DNA from: an uncultured virus (IMG/VR IMGVR_UViG_3300021599_002910)
Lineage: Duplodnaviria; Heunggongvirae; Uroviricota; Caudoviricetes
IMG/VR virus record: IMGVR_UViG_3300021599_002910
Coordinates: 117,035 to 137,034 of that record
Direction: 5' to 3' (one strand)
Length of the DNA: 20,000 nt
Under the pieces are notes generated by a model. That model did no database searches and was not told the origin of the DNA. It saw nothing but the letters and a program-made list of their open reading frames with translations. The translations under genes were made by a program, and so were the position numbers. Positions 6,915 through 16,394 of the stretch are shown in pieces (the first letter of the stretch is position 1; every line of letters starts with the position of its first letter).

Positions 6915-7925
6915 ATGGCTTTAGTTACATATCTTATTGGTGCTTGTAGTGGCGGTCCAGCGATACTAGTCGATTTTGATAGTTCAAATCTCCCTGCGGT
7001 AAACGGGAATTACTTTTTAAGATTCACAGGAGCTACAGCTGAGGGTTGTTATGACATTATCGATAATGCTGAGCCTACAACAGGTTTGGATGTGGTTAGT
7101 TTCATGTCATCTGATTATGGTGATTGTGCAACATGTCAAGCGGTTGTCACCCCAACGCCTACACCATCAGTTACCACAACTCAAACTCCTACGGTAACAT
7201 CAACACCTCCTGTAACAGGAACTCAAACACCTACTCCAACAAGAACTCCTTCAGTTACGTCAACACCAACTCCGTCGGTAACGGCAACAAACACACCAAC
7301 GAATACCAATACAGGAACACCTGCTCAAACATCAACACCTACACCATCAGTATCGGCAACATTAACTCAAACACCAACAAACACAGGAACTCCAGCGGTT
7401 ACACCGACAACAACAACTACACCTACTGTGTCTCCGACTGTAACATCAACGCCAACAGGAACACCACCTGTGACACCAACAAACACAACAACACCTACGC
7501 CAACAAGAACTCCAACTCCAACACCTCCAGGATTCTGGTTAATTACGGATTGTATTGGAACAACATGGAGTGTAGAGATTTCAGGAGTTTCACCAACTAT
7601 TGGTGAAATGTATTTATTCACGTTTGATAACAACAATTTAGATTATAACTGTTATTTCATAACTGATACAAGTTATGGTCCAATCGTTGCAACTGCAACA
7701 TTTGTAGACGGTCCATTTGTTGATTGTGCAGATTGTGGTGTGGTTTATACTGGAACTTCTGTAAACCAAAATTATGAATATACTGCTGAAATGTTAGGTT
7801 CGTTCAGTGGCGGGACATTACCTGCAGGAACACAAGTACCTCATCCAGCATACGCAACCGAGAATGGCATTGCGATACAACTAAACGCAATAACCTTAGG
7901 AGGGTTTAACGGATTAAACAACTAA
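6915..7925 (+). CDS. Thr/Pro-rich protein with two four-Cys domains (probable virion surface/decoration protein)
   Basis: Cys11/45/71/74 and Cys213/246/271/274 flank about 125 aa of TPTP/TSTP repeats. The function is inferred. Confidence 0.7.
   Translation: MALVTYLIGACSGGPAILVDFDSSNLPAVNGNYFLRFTGATAEGCYDIIDNAEPTTGLDVVSFMSSDYGDCATCQAVVTPTPTPSVTTTQTPTVTSTPPVTGTQTPTPTRTPSVTSTPTPSVTATNTPTNTNTGTPAQTSTPTPSVSATLTQTPTNTGTPAVTPTTTTTPTVSPTVTSTPTGTPPVTPTNTTTPTPTRTPTPTPPGFWLITDCIGTTWSVEISGVSPTIGEMYLFTFDNNNLDYNCYFITDTSYGPIVATATFVDGPFVDCADCGVVYTGTSVNQNYEYTAEMLGSFSGGTLPAGTQVPHPAYATENGIAIQLNAITLGGFNGLNN
7149..7529 (+). repeat. Low-complexity Thr/Pro coding repeat (ACA/CCA-rich)
   Basis: Degenerate TPTP(S)VT and TPTNTGTP units. 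Confidence 0.85.
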
Positions 7926-7944
7926 AAAAATTATAATTTAAGAT

Positions 7945-9270
7945 ATGGCAGACTTAAAACCAATTGGAAGTGAAAAGCTCACAGGCCAAGAAAAAATTAA
8001 AAGAATTATGGAAATAGCTCGTTTCAATGAGTCTATTCCTAATCAAATTAATGAGACAAGTAGAAGCGAATATTCTATCGGTCTAGCTGACGGTAATTCT
8101 TATGAGATTGTAAAAGAAAGACAAGGTTACATCATTAAGAAAATGGTATCTGAAGGTCAGACAGATTACATCGAGCCGATGAAGAATAGAAAATATTATT
8201 CATCATATTCTCAAGCATTCAAAAGATTGAATTTATTGGCGGGAGAGTTGAATAGAATTAACGAAAACGAAGAAGGTGTCTCACTTTATGGTGAGCAAAA
8301 AAAAATCGTTTTAAAGACTCCAAAACCCGTTGCTGAACCACAGGATGTTCCACCAGCTGAACCACCTGCAGTTCCATCTCCTGAATTACCACCATCACCT
8401 GATGCTGAAGTTTCTGCCGCAGATGCACCAGATGCAATTGGCGGTGAAGAAATGGGAATGGAAGACATGGGGGCTGATGAAATGGGTGCACCTGAAGGTG
8501 AAGTTGAAATGGATGCTGAAGTAGAAATTGGTGGAGAAGAGAAAGTTACATTCAAAACAATACAAAAACTTACTGGTAAACTCACACAAAAAATAAGAAC
8601 TCTTGATAGTGAAGAAGGTATGACATCTGAAAACGTGAAATACGTTATCAACATGGTTTTATCTTCATTGGATTTAGGTGTTTTAAGTGAAGAAGATAAA
8701 GAAGATATTTTATCTAAATTTGAAGAGGTTGAAGGTGAAGATGAAGAAATGGGTATGGAAGAACCATCAGCAGAGGAAGATATTACTTATGATACTGAAG
8801 TAGAAGATATCCAAACAGATATGGACATTCCAGTTGAAGGTGAGGTAGGTGAACAATGGGATACAATTGCAAGAGCAGCGGCACCTGTAGTAGCATCTTA
8901 TGTAACTTCGAAACTAACACAATCAGACGAGCAAGAAAAGAAATCTACTAATGGAGCAATTTTTGACAGTATTTTTGGTGAATCCAAAATCGACAAAGTT
9001 ATTTCGAAATATTTCGAGATTAGTAAAAAAGAAATATTGGAGAATAGAGAAAAATTTGGTGAGAGAAAAAAACAATCTATGATTTCTTTGAAAAGACAGA
9101 TGACCGAAGTCAAAAGACTTGGTGAATCTATCGAACAAAAAATGGCAGCAAAAAAGTTTTTAGAAGAAAACATTAACGCAACCATCATAGGTAAAAGTAA
9201 CAAAAAAAACTTAGTTTTTGAAAATAAAGGAAAACAAGTTAAAATTTCACCTGAAGGATTATTAGTATGA
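7945..9270 (+). CDS. Hypothetical protein, probably head-associated, with Pro/acidic linkers
   Basis: 441-aa ORF upstream of the terminase, with INE/LxE motifs and acidic spacers. Confidence 0.75.
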   Translation: MADLKPIGSEKLTGQEKIKRIMEIARFNESIPNQINETSRSEYSIGLADGNSYEIVKERQGYIIKKMVSEGQTDYIEPMKNRKYYSSYSQAFKRLNLLAGELNRINENEEGVSLYGEQKKIVLKTPKPVAEPQDVPPAEPPAVPSPELPPSPDAEVSAADAPDAIGGEEMGMEDMGADEMGAPEGEVEMDAEVEIGGEEKVTFKTIQKLTGKLTQKIRTLDSEEGMTSENVKYVINMVLSSLDLGVLSEEDKEDILSKFEEVEGEDEEMGMEEPSAEEDITYDTEVEDIQTDMDIPVEGEVGEQWDTIARAAAPVVASYVTSKLTQSDEQEKKSTNGAIFDSIFGESKIDKVISKYFEISKKEILENREKFGERKKQSMISLKRQMTEVKRLGESIEQKMAAKKFLEENINATIIGKSNKKNLVFENKGKQVKISPEGLLV

Positions 9271-9659
9271 GTCAATTGATATTTGTAAACGGATTAGGTC
9301 CCAACTATAAAGGAGACAACCTTTACGAATTCATTTTCTCAGATACTTTGGATGTGTGGGGAGAATATTGGGAGAGTAAACCATCTAATGGATACCCGAC
9401 ACCACCTGAGTTAAAATATATAAAGAAAGTAGGAGTTCTGAGAAATACCGAGATAAAATTGGATTTGATTCAGAACTCCGATTTTTTTTCTATGGTAGAT
9501 GCAATTGATGACGTAGTCTCGTTAGCTTGGGAGTCTGATGATGAAAATAAAAAAAGATTAGTCTTCAGATTTGGTGAAACAGAACAACAAATAAAAGACA
9601 AACTCTACGAAAGAGATTTGATTTTAGAATTTGAAAAGAAAGTAGTTTATGAAAACTGA
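9267..9659 (+). CDS. Hypothetical protein
   Basis: 130-aa ORF, coupled to the previous gene by an ATGA overlap. Confidence 0.8.
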   Translation: MSQLIFVNGLGPNYKGDNLYEFIFSDTLDVWGEYWESKPSNGYPTPPELKYIKKVGVLRNTEIKLDLIQNSDFFSMVDAIDDVVSLAWESDDENKKRLVFRFGETEQQIKDKLYERDLILEFEKKVVYEN

Positions 9660-10527
9660 AATAAAGATTAAAAAACTGATAGAGAAGGGTCTTACTGAAA
9701 AGACACTTTCTAAATTGAGCGAAAGCCAAATTGATATTCTTGTTGATAGATTTGTAATTAGTGAACAAGTTAAACAAGAAAAAAAACAAATCACAAAGAC
9801 AACTATACCTGCGGCAACTGCAAGGACTACGGGTGCTAATGTTGATGGAGTATCTATAAAGATGGATGCTGCGGGTAATGTGGTTGCATCTCAAACAACC
9901 GAAGGAGAATTAGATGAGACTGAAACAGATGATGTAACTGACCAAAACGCCTTGGGTGCGGATGCGTTACAATCACTTACAGGTCAAGAGGCACCTCATG
10001 ATGCAAATGATATGGCTCCTGACGGAATGGATAATGATTCTGATAATAATAGAAAAATGATGGGGATGTCGGAAGAGAAGACAAAGAAAAATCCATGGGC
10101 TATCTGCACTGCACAATTAGGAAAAGAATTTGGAACAAAGGAAAGACATCTTTGGAGTGCTAAAGAAAAAAACAAATACGAAAGATGTGTAAAGGATGTA
10201 AAAAAGTCTTTGAAGGAAGGAAAAAATCCTGTATCTTTATTCTTAGAAAACGAAATTATGAAGATAGTAGAAAAAAACTTGCCTCCAAGAATAACTAAAG
10301 GTGATTTAGTTAAATATATCTCGGAACAAGGACCTTCAACAGCTCCTACCAAACCAAAAACACAACCTGGCACGAAACCTGGAAAACCTGCCCCGAGACC
10401 AAGACCAAAACACCCTGGACAAAATCCTAACCCTGGTGAAAATCCAGCACCTAAAGCTAAAAAGGTTTCCGCTAAGTCTGCTAAAGATGAGGTGATTGAC
10501 TTAATTATGAATCTATTAGAAAAATAA
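9649..10527 (+). CDS. Hypothetical protein, probably head-associated
   Basis: 292-aa ORF with an acidic segment, an NPWAIC...KYERCV mini-domain and a Pro/Lys-rich tail. Confidence 0.75.
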   Translation: MKTEIKIKKLIEKGLTEKTLSKLSESQIDILVDRFVISEQVKQEKKQITKTTIPAATARTTGANVDGVSIKMDAAGNVVASQTTEGELDETETDDVTDQNALGADALQSLTGQEAPHDANDMAPDGMDNDSDNNRKMMGMSEEKTKKNPWAICTAQLGKEFGTKERHLWSAKEKNKYERCVKDVKKSLKEGKNPVSLFLENEIMKIVEKNLPPRITKGDLVKYISEQGPSTAPTKPKTQPGTKPGKPAPRPRPKHPGQNPNPGENPAPKAKKVSAKSAKDEVIDLIMNLLEK

Positions 10528-10528
10528 C

Positions 10529-11836
10529 ATGGCAAAGAGAATTAAAGAACAAATCAATTACGGTGGGAGAAGCGAAAGAATGGACCCTAGTCTTGAAAGA
10601 AAATTGAAAGACCCTGAAGGTCTTTATGCAAAAAATCCTGCACTGAAAAAGGGGACTGAAGATGTTCAAAGGTTAGTGAGTTCCCGTTTCGGAAAAGTAG
10701 CCGATAAGTTGAGAGAAGTTACTGGAAATAGAAATATAAGTTCAAAACAGGTTCAAGGCATGATTTATCAGGAAATGATGAGTCGTTTACCTAACATAAT
10801 GAGAATCGAATCTCAACACAGGGATGAGTTAGAGCAGTTAGCTGTTGAGGCGTCTTTAGATGAGACCGAAATTCCTGCTGGTTGGTTTACTATAAAGCCA
10901 TATCTTAATAGGGAACCAATCGATGTTTCTAACTTCAGATATGAACCTGAAGAAGACGAAGAAGAAGAAAAGGAAAAAAAACCTCAAATGCCACAAATTT
11001 CTTTTGATGTTGAAGATTTGACAGATGAAGAACAATTAGAACTTGAAAAACACAAAAGAAACATCATTAATGCTATAATTCAAGGGGCGGCAAAAAAAGG
11101 ACACTACGTTTTTCAAAAACCTGAAATTAAAGAAAGGTTGGATGCAATTGACCCATCTCTATATAGGGATTACTTGGGTATAATGGCAATCAATGATTTC
11201 ATGTATTTCACTATGGAACAAATGATTGAGATGATGAGCCAAACAGGTCAAGGCGTAGCTGGAAAGGTCGAATTAGGAAACTCTGACAATGATGATGAAG
11301 AAGGAGATGAAGAAGGAGAATCTGAAGAAAAACCAGATACTGTAATAAACGCCTTTGGTATGATTTTCCCAATCTTGTGTCATGAAATTATAAAAGGTAT
11401 AGAAGAAGCTAAAGGTAGATATGGTCTACCTGAAGACCCGGACATGAGACAAAAGGTTCAAGGTCAAGTTGATATTTTATCTAACGAACCTATGCAATTA
11501 AGAATAGGTCCTGAAATCGTAGAAAAAATCAGATTCGCATTACCCGATGAAATGTTTGAAGAGGAAAACAAGGGTCTAATAAACTGGTTCCACATTCAGT
11601 TATACCAAATACCTGCCGAAGAATTTTTGGAGATTATCGGAAACGCTATTTCCGAAGACCAATCAAAAGTGAAAAAAGCAACTCAAAGATTCGATGAAAT
11701 CATGAAAGAAGCTAAAGAACTCAAAAGAGAGTTTGATGACTACAAGGAAGAAACTGGGTCAGACTCTGAAGATGAGGATGACGAAGATGACTTAGATGAT
11801 TTCTTAGGTAGTTTAGGTATATCAAGACCTAAATAA
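10529..11836 (+). CDS. Hypothetical protein immediately upstream of the terminase
   Basis: 435-aa ORF with acidic loops and a LCHEIIKG motif. Confidence 0.8.
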   Translation: MAKRIKEQINYGGRSERMDPSLERKLKDPEGLYAKNPALKKGTEDVQRLVSSRFGKVADKLREVTGNRNISSKQVQGMIYQEMMSRLPNIMRIESQHRDELEQLAVEASLDETEIPAGWFTIKPYLNREPIDVSNFRYEPEEDEEEEKEKKPQMPQISFDVEDLTDEEQLELEKHKRNIINAIIQGAAKKGHYVFQKPEIKERLDAIDPSLYRDYLGIMAINDFMYFTMEQMIEMMSQTGQGVAGKVELGNSDNDDEEGDEEGESEEKPDTVINAFGMIFPILCHEIIKGIEEAKGRYGLPEDPDMRQKVQGQVDILSNEPMQLRIGPEIVEKIRFALPDEMFEEENKGLINWFHIQLYQIPAEEFLEIIGNAISEDQSKVKKATQRFDEIMKEAKELKREFDDYKEETGSDSEDEDDEDDLDDFLGSLGISRPK

Positions 11837-11844
11837 CCTTACCT

Positions 11845-13602
11845 GTGACTAAAGAACAATTAATTATAGAGGTTACGAAGTGTGTTAGGAGCACTCCTTA
11901 TGCACTTCGAACTTATTTACAAACATACGACAACACTGTTCAGAAGTATGTTCCATTAGATTTATTCCCTGACCAAGTCTCACTGATAGAAGATTACGAT
12001 AAGTATAATGAAAATATTGCCTTAAAGTATCGTCAGGCTGGAGTATCAACAGTGACTGCTGCTTGGGCATCAAAAAAATTAGTATTTGCAAAAAAGAATA
12101 AGCCAGAAAAAATTCTCATTATCGCTAACAAACTCGATACATCTGTCGAGATGGCAAACAAAATCAGGGGATTCACTGAACAATGGCCATCATGGGTTGG
12201 TGTTGGATTTTCCGCTGAAAAAAATTCTCAACGACATTTCAAACTCACAAATGATTGTGAAGTAAAAGCGGTTGCAACATCAAGAGATGCCCTGAGAGGT
12301 TATACCCCTACTATACTTGTATTTGATGAAGCGGCGTTCATTGAAGCCGACAACGACTTTTGGTCCGCTTGTATGGCATCACTCTCCACGGGTGGTAAGG
12401 TGATTGTAATATCAACTCCAAACGGTTATGACCCAATTTATTATGATATCTATGACCAAGCCTTGAGAGGAATGAATGAATTCAAAATCTCTGAGATGTT
12501 TTGGTATAGAGACCCAAGATATACTAAAGACCTGTATATGGTGAAAACGAATGACTTAGTTCATTTTCTGTTGAATAGGGAGGATTATCCTGCCGATACA
12601 GTTTTAGATTTATCTGTAGAAAACCCTTATGAAAGGGACCATACAACAACAACAGATTATATTGCTAAAGGATACAAACCTTGTTCTGCTTGGTTTGAGG
12701 GTATGGTAAAGAAACTCAAATTCGATAGAAGAAAAGTTGCTCAGGAATTGGAATGTAACTTCTTGGGTTCAGGTGATAACGTTTTCGAATCTGATTTGAT
12801 GCAAGAAATCTCACATAACACTCTAAGGGAACCATCAGCAAAACTAATGGGGGGTGCGTTATGGATATTCAAGGAACCCGAAAATAATCACAAATATGTT
12901 ATGGGTGTTGACGTATCACGTGGAGATTCTGAGGATTTTTCGTGTATACAAATAATCGATTTTGATGAAAGAGAACAGGTATTAGAATATGTTGGTAAAG
13001 TCCCACCTGATGTAATTGCAGAAATAGCATTCAAATGGGGTTCAATGTATAATGCATATTGTGTTATAGATATAACAGGAGGGATGGGGGTTTCAACTGC
13101 AAGAAAAATGCAAGAGATGTCTTATCCTGCAGGACTATATGTTGATAATGTAGATACAACCAACAAATGGAAATGGGACCCCAAACTGAATGAAAAAATT
13201 CCAGGAATAAATTTCAATTCCAAGAGAGTTCAAATTATTTCATCATTTGAGGAAGCGGTTAGACACAAATTCAAAATATATTCACATAGATTATACAACG
13301 AAATGAATACGTTCATTTATGTAAATGGTAGACCCGACCATCAAAAGGGACATCACGACGACTGTATTATGGGGATGTCAATGGCAATTTATGTTGCGGA
13401 AAAATCATTTCAATCATTACAGAAAGTCGTAAATCATACTAAGGCAATGTTGAATTCATGGACATCAGTTGTAAATGAAAACAAAAATACTTCAGAATTT
13501 TTCAATCCTTTCGTGCCACAAATGGGAAGGCAACACCCAAATAATCAGGGTCCTTCTAAACAGGATTATCAAAAATATGGGTGGTTATTTGGTGCCAAAT
13601 AA
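11845..13602 (+). CDS. terL: Terminase large subunit (T4 gp17-like)
   Basis: LFPDQ Q-motif, KYRQAGVST Walker A variant, LVFDEAAF Walker B, ISTPNG coupling motif, QELECNFLGS, and nuclease motifs GVDVSRG...D and HDD. GTG start. Confidence 0.95.
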   Translation: MTKEQLIIEVTKCVRSTPYALRTYLQTYDNTVQKYVPLDLFPDQVSLIEDYDKYNENIALKYRQAGVSTVTAAWASKKLVFAKKNKPEKILIIANKLDTSVEMANKIRGFTEQWPSWVGVGFSAEKNSQRHFKLTNDCEVKAVATSRDALRGYTPTILVFDEAAFIEADNDFWSACMASLSTGGKVIVISTPNGYDPIYYDIYDQALRGMNEFKISEMFWYRDPRYTKDLYMVKTNDLVHFLLNREDYPADTVLDLSVENPYERDHTTTTDYIAKGYKPCSAWFEGMVKKLKFDRRKVAQELECNFLGSGDNVFESDLMQEISHNTLREPSAKLMGGALWIFKEPENNHKYVMGVDVSRGDSEDFSCIQIIDFDEREQVLEYVGKVPPDVIAEIAFKWGSMYNAYCVIDITGGMGVSTARKMQEMSYPAGLYVDNVDTTNKWKWDPKLNEKIPGINFNSKRVQIISSFEEAVRHKFKIYSHRLYNEMNTFIYVNGRPDHQKGHHDDCIMGMSMAIYVAEKSFQSLQKVVNHTKAMLNSWTSVVNENKNTSEFFNPFVPQMGRQHPNNQGPSKQDYQKYGWLFGAK

Positions 13603-13603
13603 C

Positions 13604-13610
13604 TATTTAT
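13604..13610 (+). promoter_or_regulatory. Putative late-promoter motif TATTTAT
   Basis: ACTATTTATA directly after the terminase stop, 29 nt before the portal ATG. Confidence 0.55.
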
Positions 13611-13639
13611 ATTATTGACGTAATAAGTTAAATTGTAAT

Positions 13640-15478
13640 ATGGCTGAACAAAAAATGACAGTTTGGCAACGACTGTCGAAAACTTTTGGACCTAATTCTT
13701 TACTGAATCAAGATTATCCTACATTCAAGTTTGATAAAAAAGAATTACTACGCACCAAAAGTAGAGAGGAATACGAGGTTGAAAAACTTCAAGCACAACA
13801 GACTTACTACTTGGCTAATCAGTGGGCTAAGGTAGAGAATAATTTATATTCTCAAGCAATCTACTACGAACCAACAAGATTGTCTGCTCAGTATGACTAT
13901 GAGTCAATGGAGTATACACCCGAAATTTCAGCCGCTTTGGATATATACGCAGAGGAGTCGACAACTACAAATGAGGATGGTTTTATTCTTCAGATATATT
14001 CTGAGTCAAAAAGAATCAAAGGAGTTTTGGCGGATTTATTCAATAGTAATTTAGACATCAACACCAACTTGCCAATGTGGACAAGAAACACTTGTAAGTA
14101 TGGTGATAACTTTGTTTATTTGAAACTGGACCCTGAAAAGGGTGTTGTAGGTTGTCAACAACTACCAACAATTGAAATAGAAAGACATGAGGTTGGAGTT
14201 AGTGCAAAAATCTCAGTTGATATTACACAAGAATTAGATAAAGACAAAAAAGCCCTTCATTTTACATGGAAGAACAAGAATATGGAATTCCAATCTTGGG
14301 AAATGGCTCACTTTAGATTATTAGGTGATGACAGAAAACTTCCTTATGGAACATCTATGTTGGAGAAAGCGAGAAGAACTTGGAAACAACTTCTTCTTTG
14401 TGAAGATGCGATGTTGATTTATAGAACCTCAAGAGCACCTGAAAGAAGAATTTTCAAGGTGTTCGTAGGGAATATGAACGATGACGATGTTGAAGCATAT
14501 GTTCAACGTGTGGCCAACAAATTCAAAAGAGAACAAATTGTTGATAGTAAGACAGGTAATGTAGACATGAGATTCAATCAAATGGCGGTTGACCAAGACT
14601 ACTTTGTTCCTGTTCGTGACCCTGCGGCACCTAGTCCAATCGATACATTACCAGGTGCAACGAACCTATCAGAGATTGCCGATATAGAGTATATTCAGAA
14701 AAAGTTACTCACTGCACTCCGTGTTCCAAAGGCGTTTTTAGGTTTCGAGGAAGTAGTTGGAGATGGTAAAAACTTAGCCTTACAAGATATTAGATTTGCT
14801 AGAACTATCAACAGAATTCAGAAGAGTATGTTGGCGGAACTTAATAAGATTGCAATTGTTCATCTGTTCTTATTAGGATTCGAAGATGAATTGAATAATT
14901 TTACTTTAGGACTAACTAACCCATCAACTCAAGCTGACTTATTGAAAGTTGATGTTTGGAAAGAAAAAGTTCTTCTATATAAAGATTTGGTTGCAGATAC
15001 TGGATTTGGTATTGCGGCAACTTCTGCAACATGGGCTAAGAAACACATATTTAATTGGTCTGATGAAGAAATCAGACTCGATTTACAACAACAAAGAATC
15101 GAAAGAGCAGTTGGTGAAGAATTGAAAGCAACACCTACTGTTATAAGTAAAACAGGGTTATTTGATAATATTGACAAATTATATGGTAGCTCTTCAGGTA
15201 GCACACCTTCCGCAGGTGCTTCAACAACACCAGGCGGAGAAGAAGAACTTGCACCTCCACCACCACTTCCTCCAGGGGGAGGTGAAGAGTTAGGGGCTGC
15301 TCCTCCTCCACCACCACCTACTGAGGGGGGTGAGATTACTCCTGAATCGAAAGAGAAAGAACTTAATATTTTATTGGAAAATGACATGATTAAAGGGAAG
15401 AGTTCCCTCAATCTTGGTATTGCACAACAATCTTTGGGTGAAATTGAAAAAGAATTGGATAAGTTGTTGAACTCATAA
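13640..15478 (+). CDS. Portal vertex protein (T4 gp20-like)
   Basis: YESMEYTPEISAALDIYAEE, EDAMLIYRTSRAPERRIFKVFVGNM, DYFVPVR, IDTLPGATNL..IADIEY and ALRVPKAFL. Confidence 0.95.
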   Translation: MAEQKMTVWQRLSKTFGPNSLLNQDYPTFKFDKKELLRTKSREEYEVEKLQAQQTYYLANQWAKVENNLYSQAIYYEPTRLSAQYDYESMEYTPEISAALDIYAEESTTTNEDGFILQIYSESKRIKGVLADLFNSNLDINTNLPMWTRNTCKYGDNFVYLKLDPEKGVVGCQQLPTIEIERHEVGVSAKISVDITQELDKDKKALHFTWKNKNMEFQSWEMAHFRLLGDDRKLPYGTSMLEKARRTWKQLLLCEDAMLIYRTSRAPERRIFKVFVGNMNDDDVEAYVQRVANKFKREQIVDSKTGNVDMRFNQMAVDQDYFVPVRDPAAPSPIDTLPGATNLSEIADIEYIQKKLLTALRVPKAFLGFEEVVGDGKNLALQDIRFARTINRIQKSMLAELNKIAIVHLFLLGFEDELNNFTLGLTNPSTQADLLKVDVWKEKVLLYKDLVADTGFGIAATSATWAKKHIFNWSDEEIRLDLQQQRIERAVGEELKATPTVISKTGLFDNIDKLYGSSSGSTPSAGASTTPGGEEELAPPPPLPPGGGEELGAAPPPPPPTEGGEITPESKEKELNILLENDMIKGKSSLNLGIAQQSLGEIEKELDKLLNS

Positions 15479-15485
15479 TATTTAT
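15479..15485 (+). promoter_or_regulatory. Putative late-promoter motif TATTTAT
   Basis: Directly after the portal stop, 16 nt before ATG 15502. Confidence 0.55.
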
Positions 15486-15501
15486 TTGAAAATACACCAA
15501 G

Positions 15502-16200
15502 ATGACTTTCGGTAAAGTAAAATCAATCATTGAAAAAAACTTGCTTGAATCTTACAGAGATGAAGCACAATTTAAGAAAAACATTAGAGAATTCAAACAC
15601 AATGTTTTGAATAATAAATCATTGTCAAAAGCCTACTCAATTTATGACCAATTGAGTTCACCTCAAGGGTTGTCAGAATCTCAAGCTAAAGAATTTTTGG
15701 AAGAAGGAGTTTCTCTACTACAGAGAATATTACCGAATATCAAAATGCCTAAGTCATTACAAGAAAGTATTGAAAACAAATACAAAGATATTGATACCTT
15801 GGTTTATACTAAAAACATAAGTTTGAAAGAAAGAATTACGGCTAAAGAAAATATTGTTTCAGTTCTAAAAGAGGAGATGAATACAATAAAAGAATCTATC
15901 AATATTCCTGTAAGTTCCATGGTCAAAATTGCGAATCAAACTTTAATGAATTTTATTGAAACTATGGACGAAAATTCCAAAAAGGAATTTTTTCAAATAA
16001 TTTCTGAAGACAACAAAACTTTGGAGAATAAGTTTGAAGAACTTAAGACAAAAACTATAGTAAAATTAGAAAGCATTTTAGAACAAGAAAAAGAAAATGA
16101 AGTCAAAGAAAAAATCAATGAAACAATTGTTAAATTGAAAGATGAAAAATTTGACCAAATTAACTTTATGAAATTGAAAGACTTAGAGAATTCTATTTAA
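15502..16200 (+). CDS. Hypothetical helical protein (possible prohead core protein)
   Basis: Glu/Lys-rich 232-aa ORF located between portal and prohead protease, where T4 has core genes 67/68. Confidence 0.75.
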   Translation: MTFGKVKSIIEKNLLESYRDEAQFKKNIREFKHNVLNNKSLSKAYSIYDQLSSPQGLSESQAKEFLEEGVSLLQRILPNIKMPKSLQESIENKYKDIDTLVYTKNISLKERITAKENIVSVLKEEMNTIKESINIPVSSMVKIANQTLMNFIETMDENSKKEFFQIISEDNKTLENKFEELKTKTIVKLESILEQEKENEVKEKINETIVKLKDEKFDQINFMKLKDLENSI

Positions 16201-16382
16201 GATTTTCTCTTTTTTTCTATGTAGATTGCTTTAAGTATTTCTGACCTTTTTTTAATTGAGGGTTTGGTATATTCTTTTCTTTCAAACAAAATTTGATTCT
16301 GTTTGGTTTTAATTACTTTTGATTTAAGGGTTTTGAGTGCCTTTTCGATATTCTCGTTTTCTTTTATATTAATAATCAACAT
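16197..16382 (-). CDS. rpsU: Phage-encoded 30S ribosomal protein bS21
   Basis: MLIINIKENENIEKALKTLK...LFERKEYTKPSIKKR...KAIY. The E-x-I-E-K-A-L-K and Y-x-K-P-S motifs, 61-aa length and basic composition fit bS21; the MLII start and KAxY tail are Bacteroidota-like. Confidence 0.88.
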   Translation of the reverse strand: MLIINIKENENIEKALKTLKSKVIKTKQNQILFERKEYTKPSIKKRSEILKAIYIEKKRKS

Positions 16383-16394
16383 ATATTACATATA

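Noticed and set aside
7124..7636. Alternative-frame Asn/Thr-rich ORF (7124..7606) and antisense Val/Gly-rich ORF (7367..7636)
   Set aside because: They are by-products of the stop-poor ACN/CCN codon repeat in the Thr/Pro gene.
11845..15478. Inteins, introns or homing endonucleases in terminase or portal
   Set aside because: Both ORFs are continuous and of near-normal length, with no intein splice motifs and no LAGLIDADG or HNH signatures.
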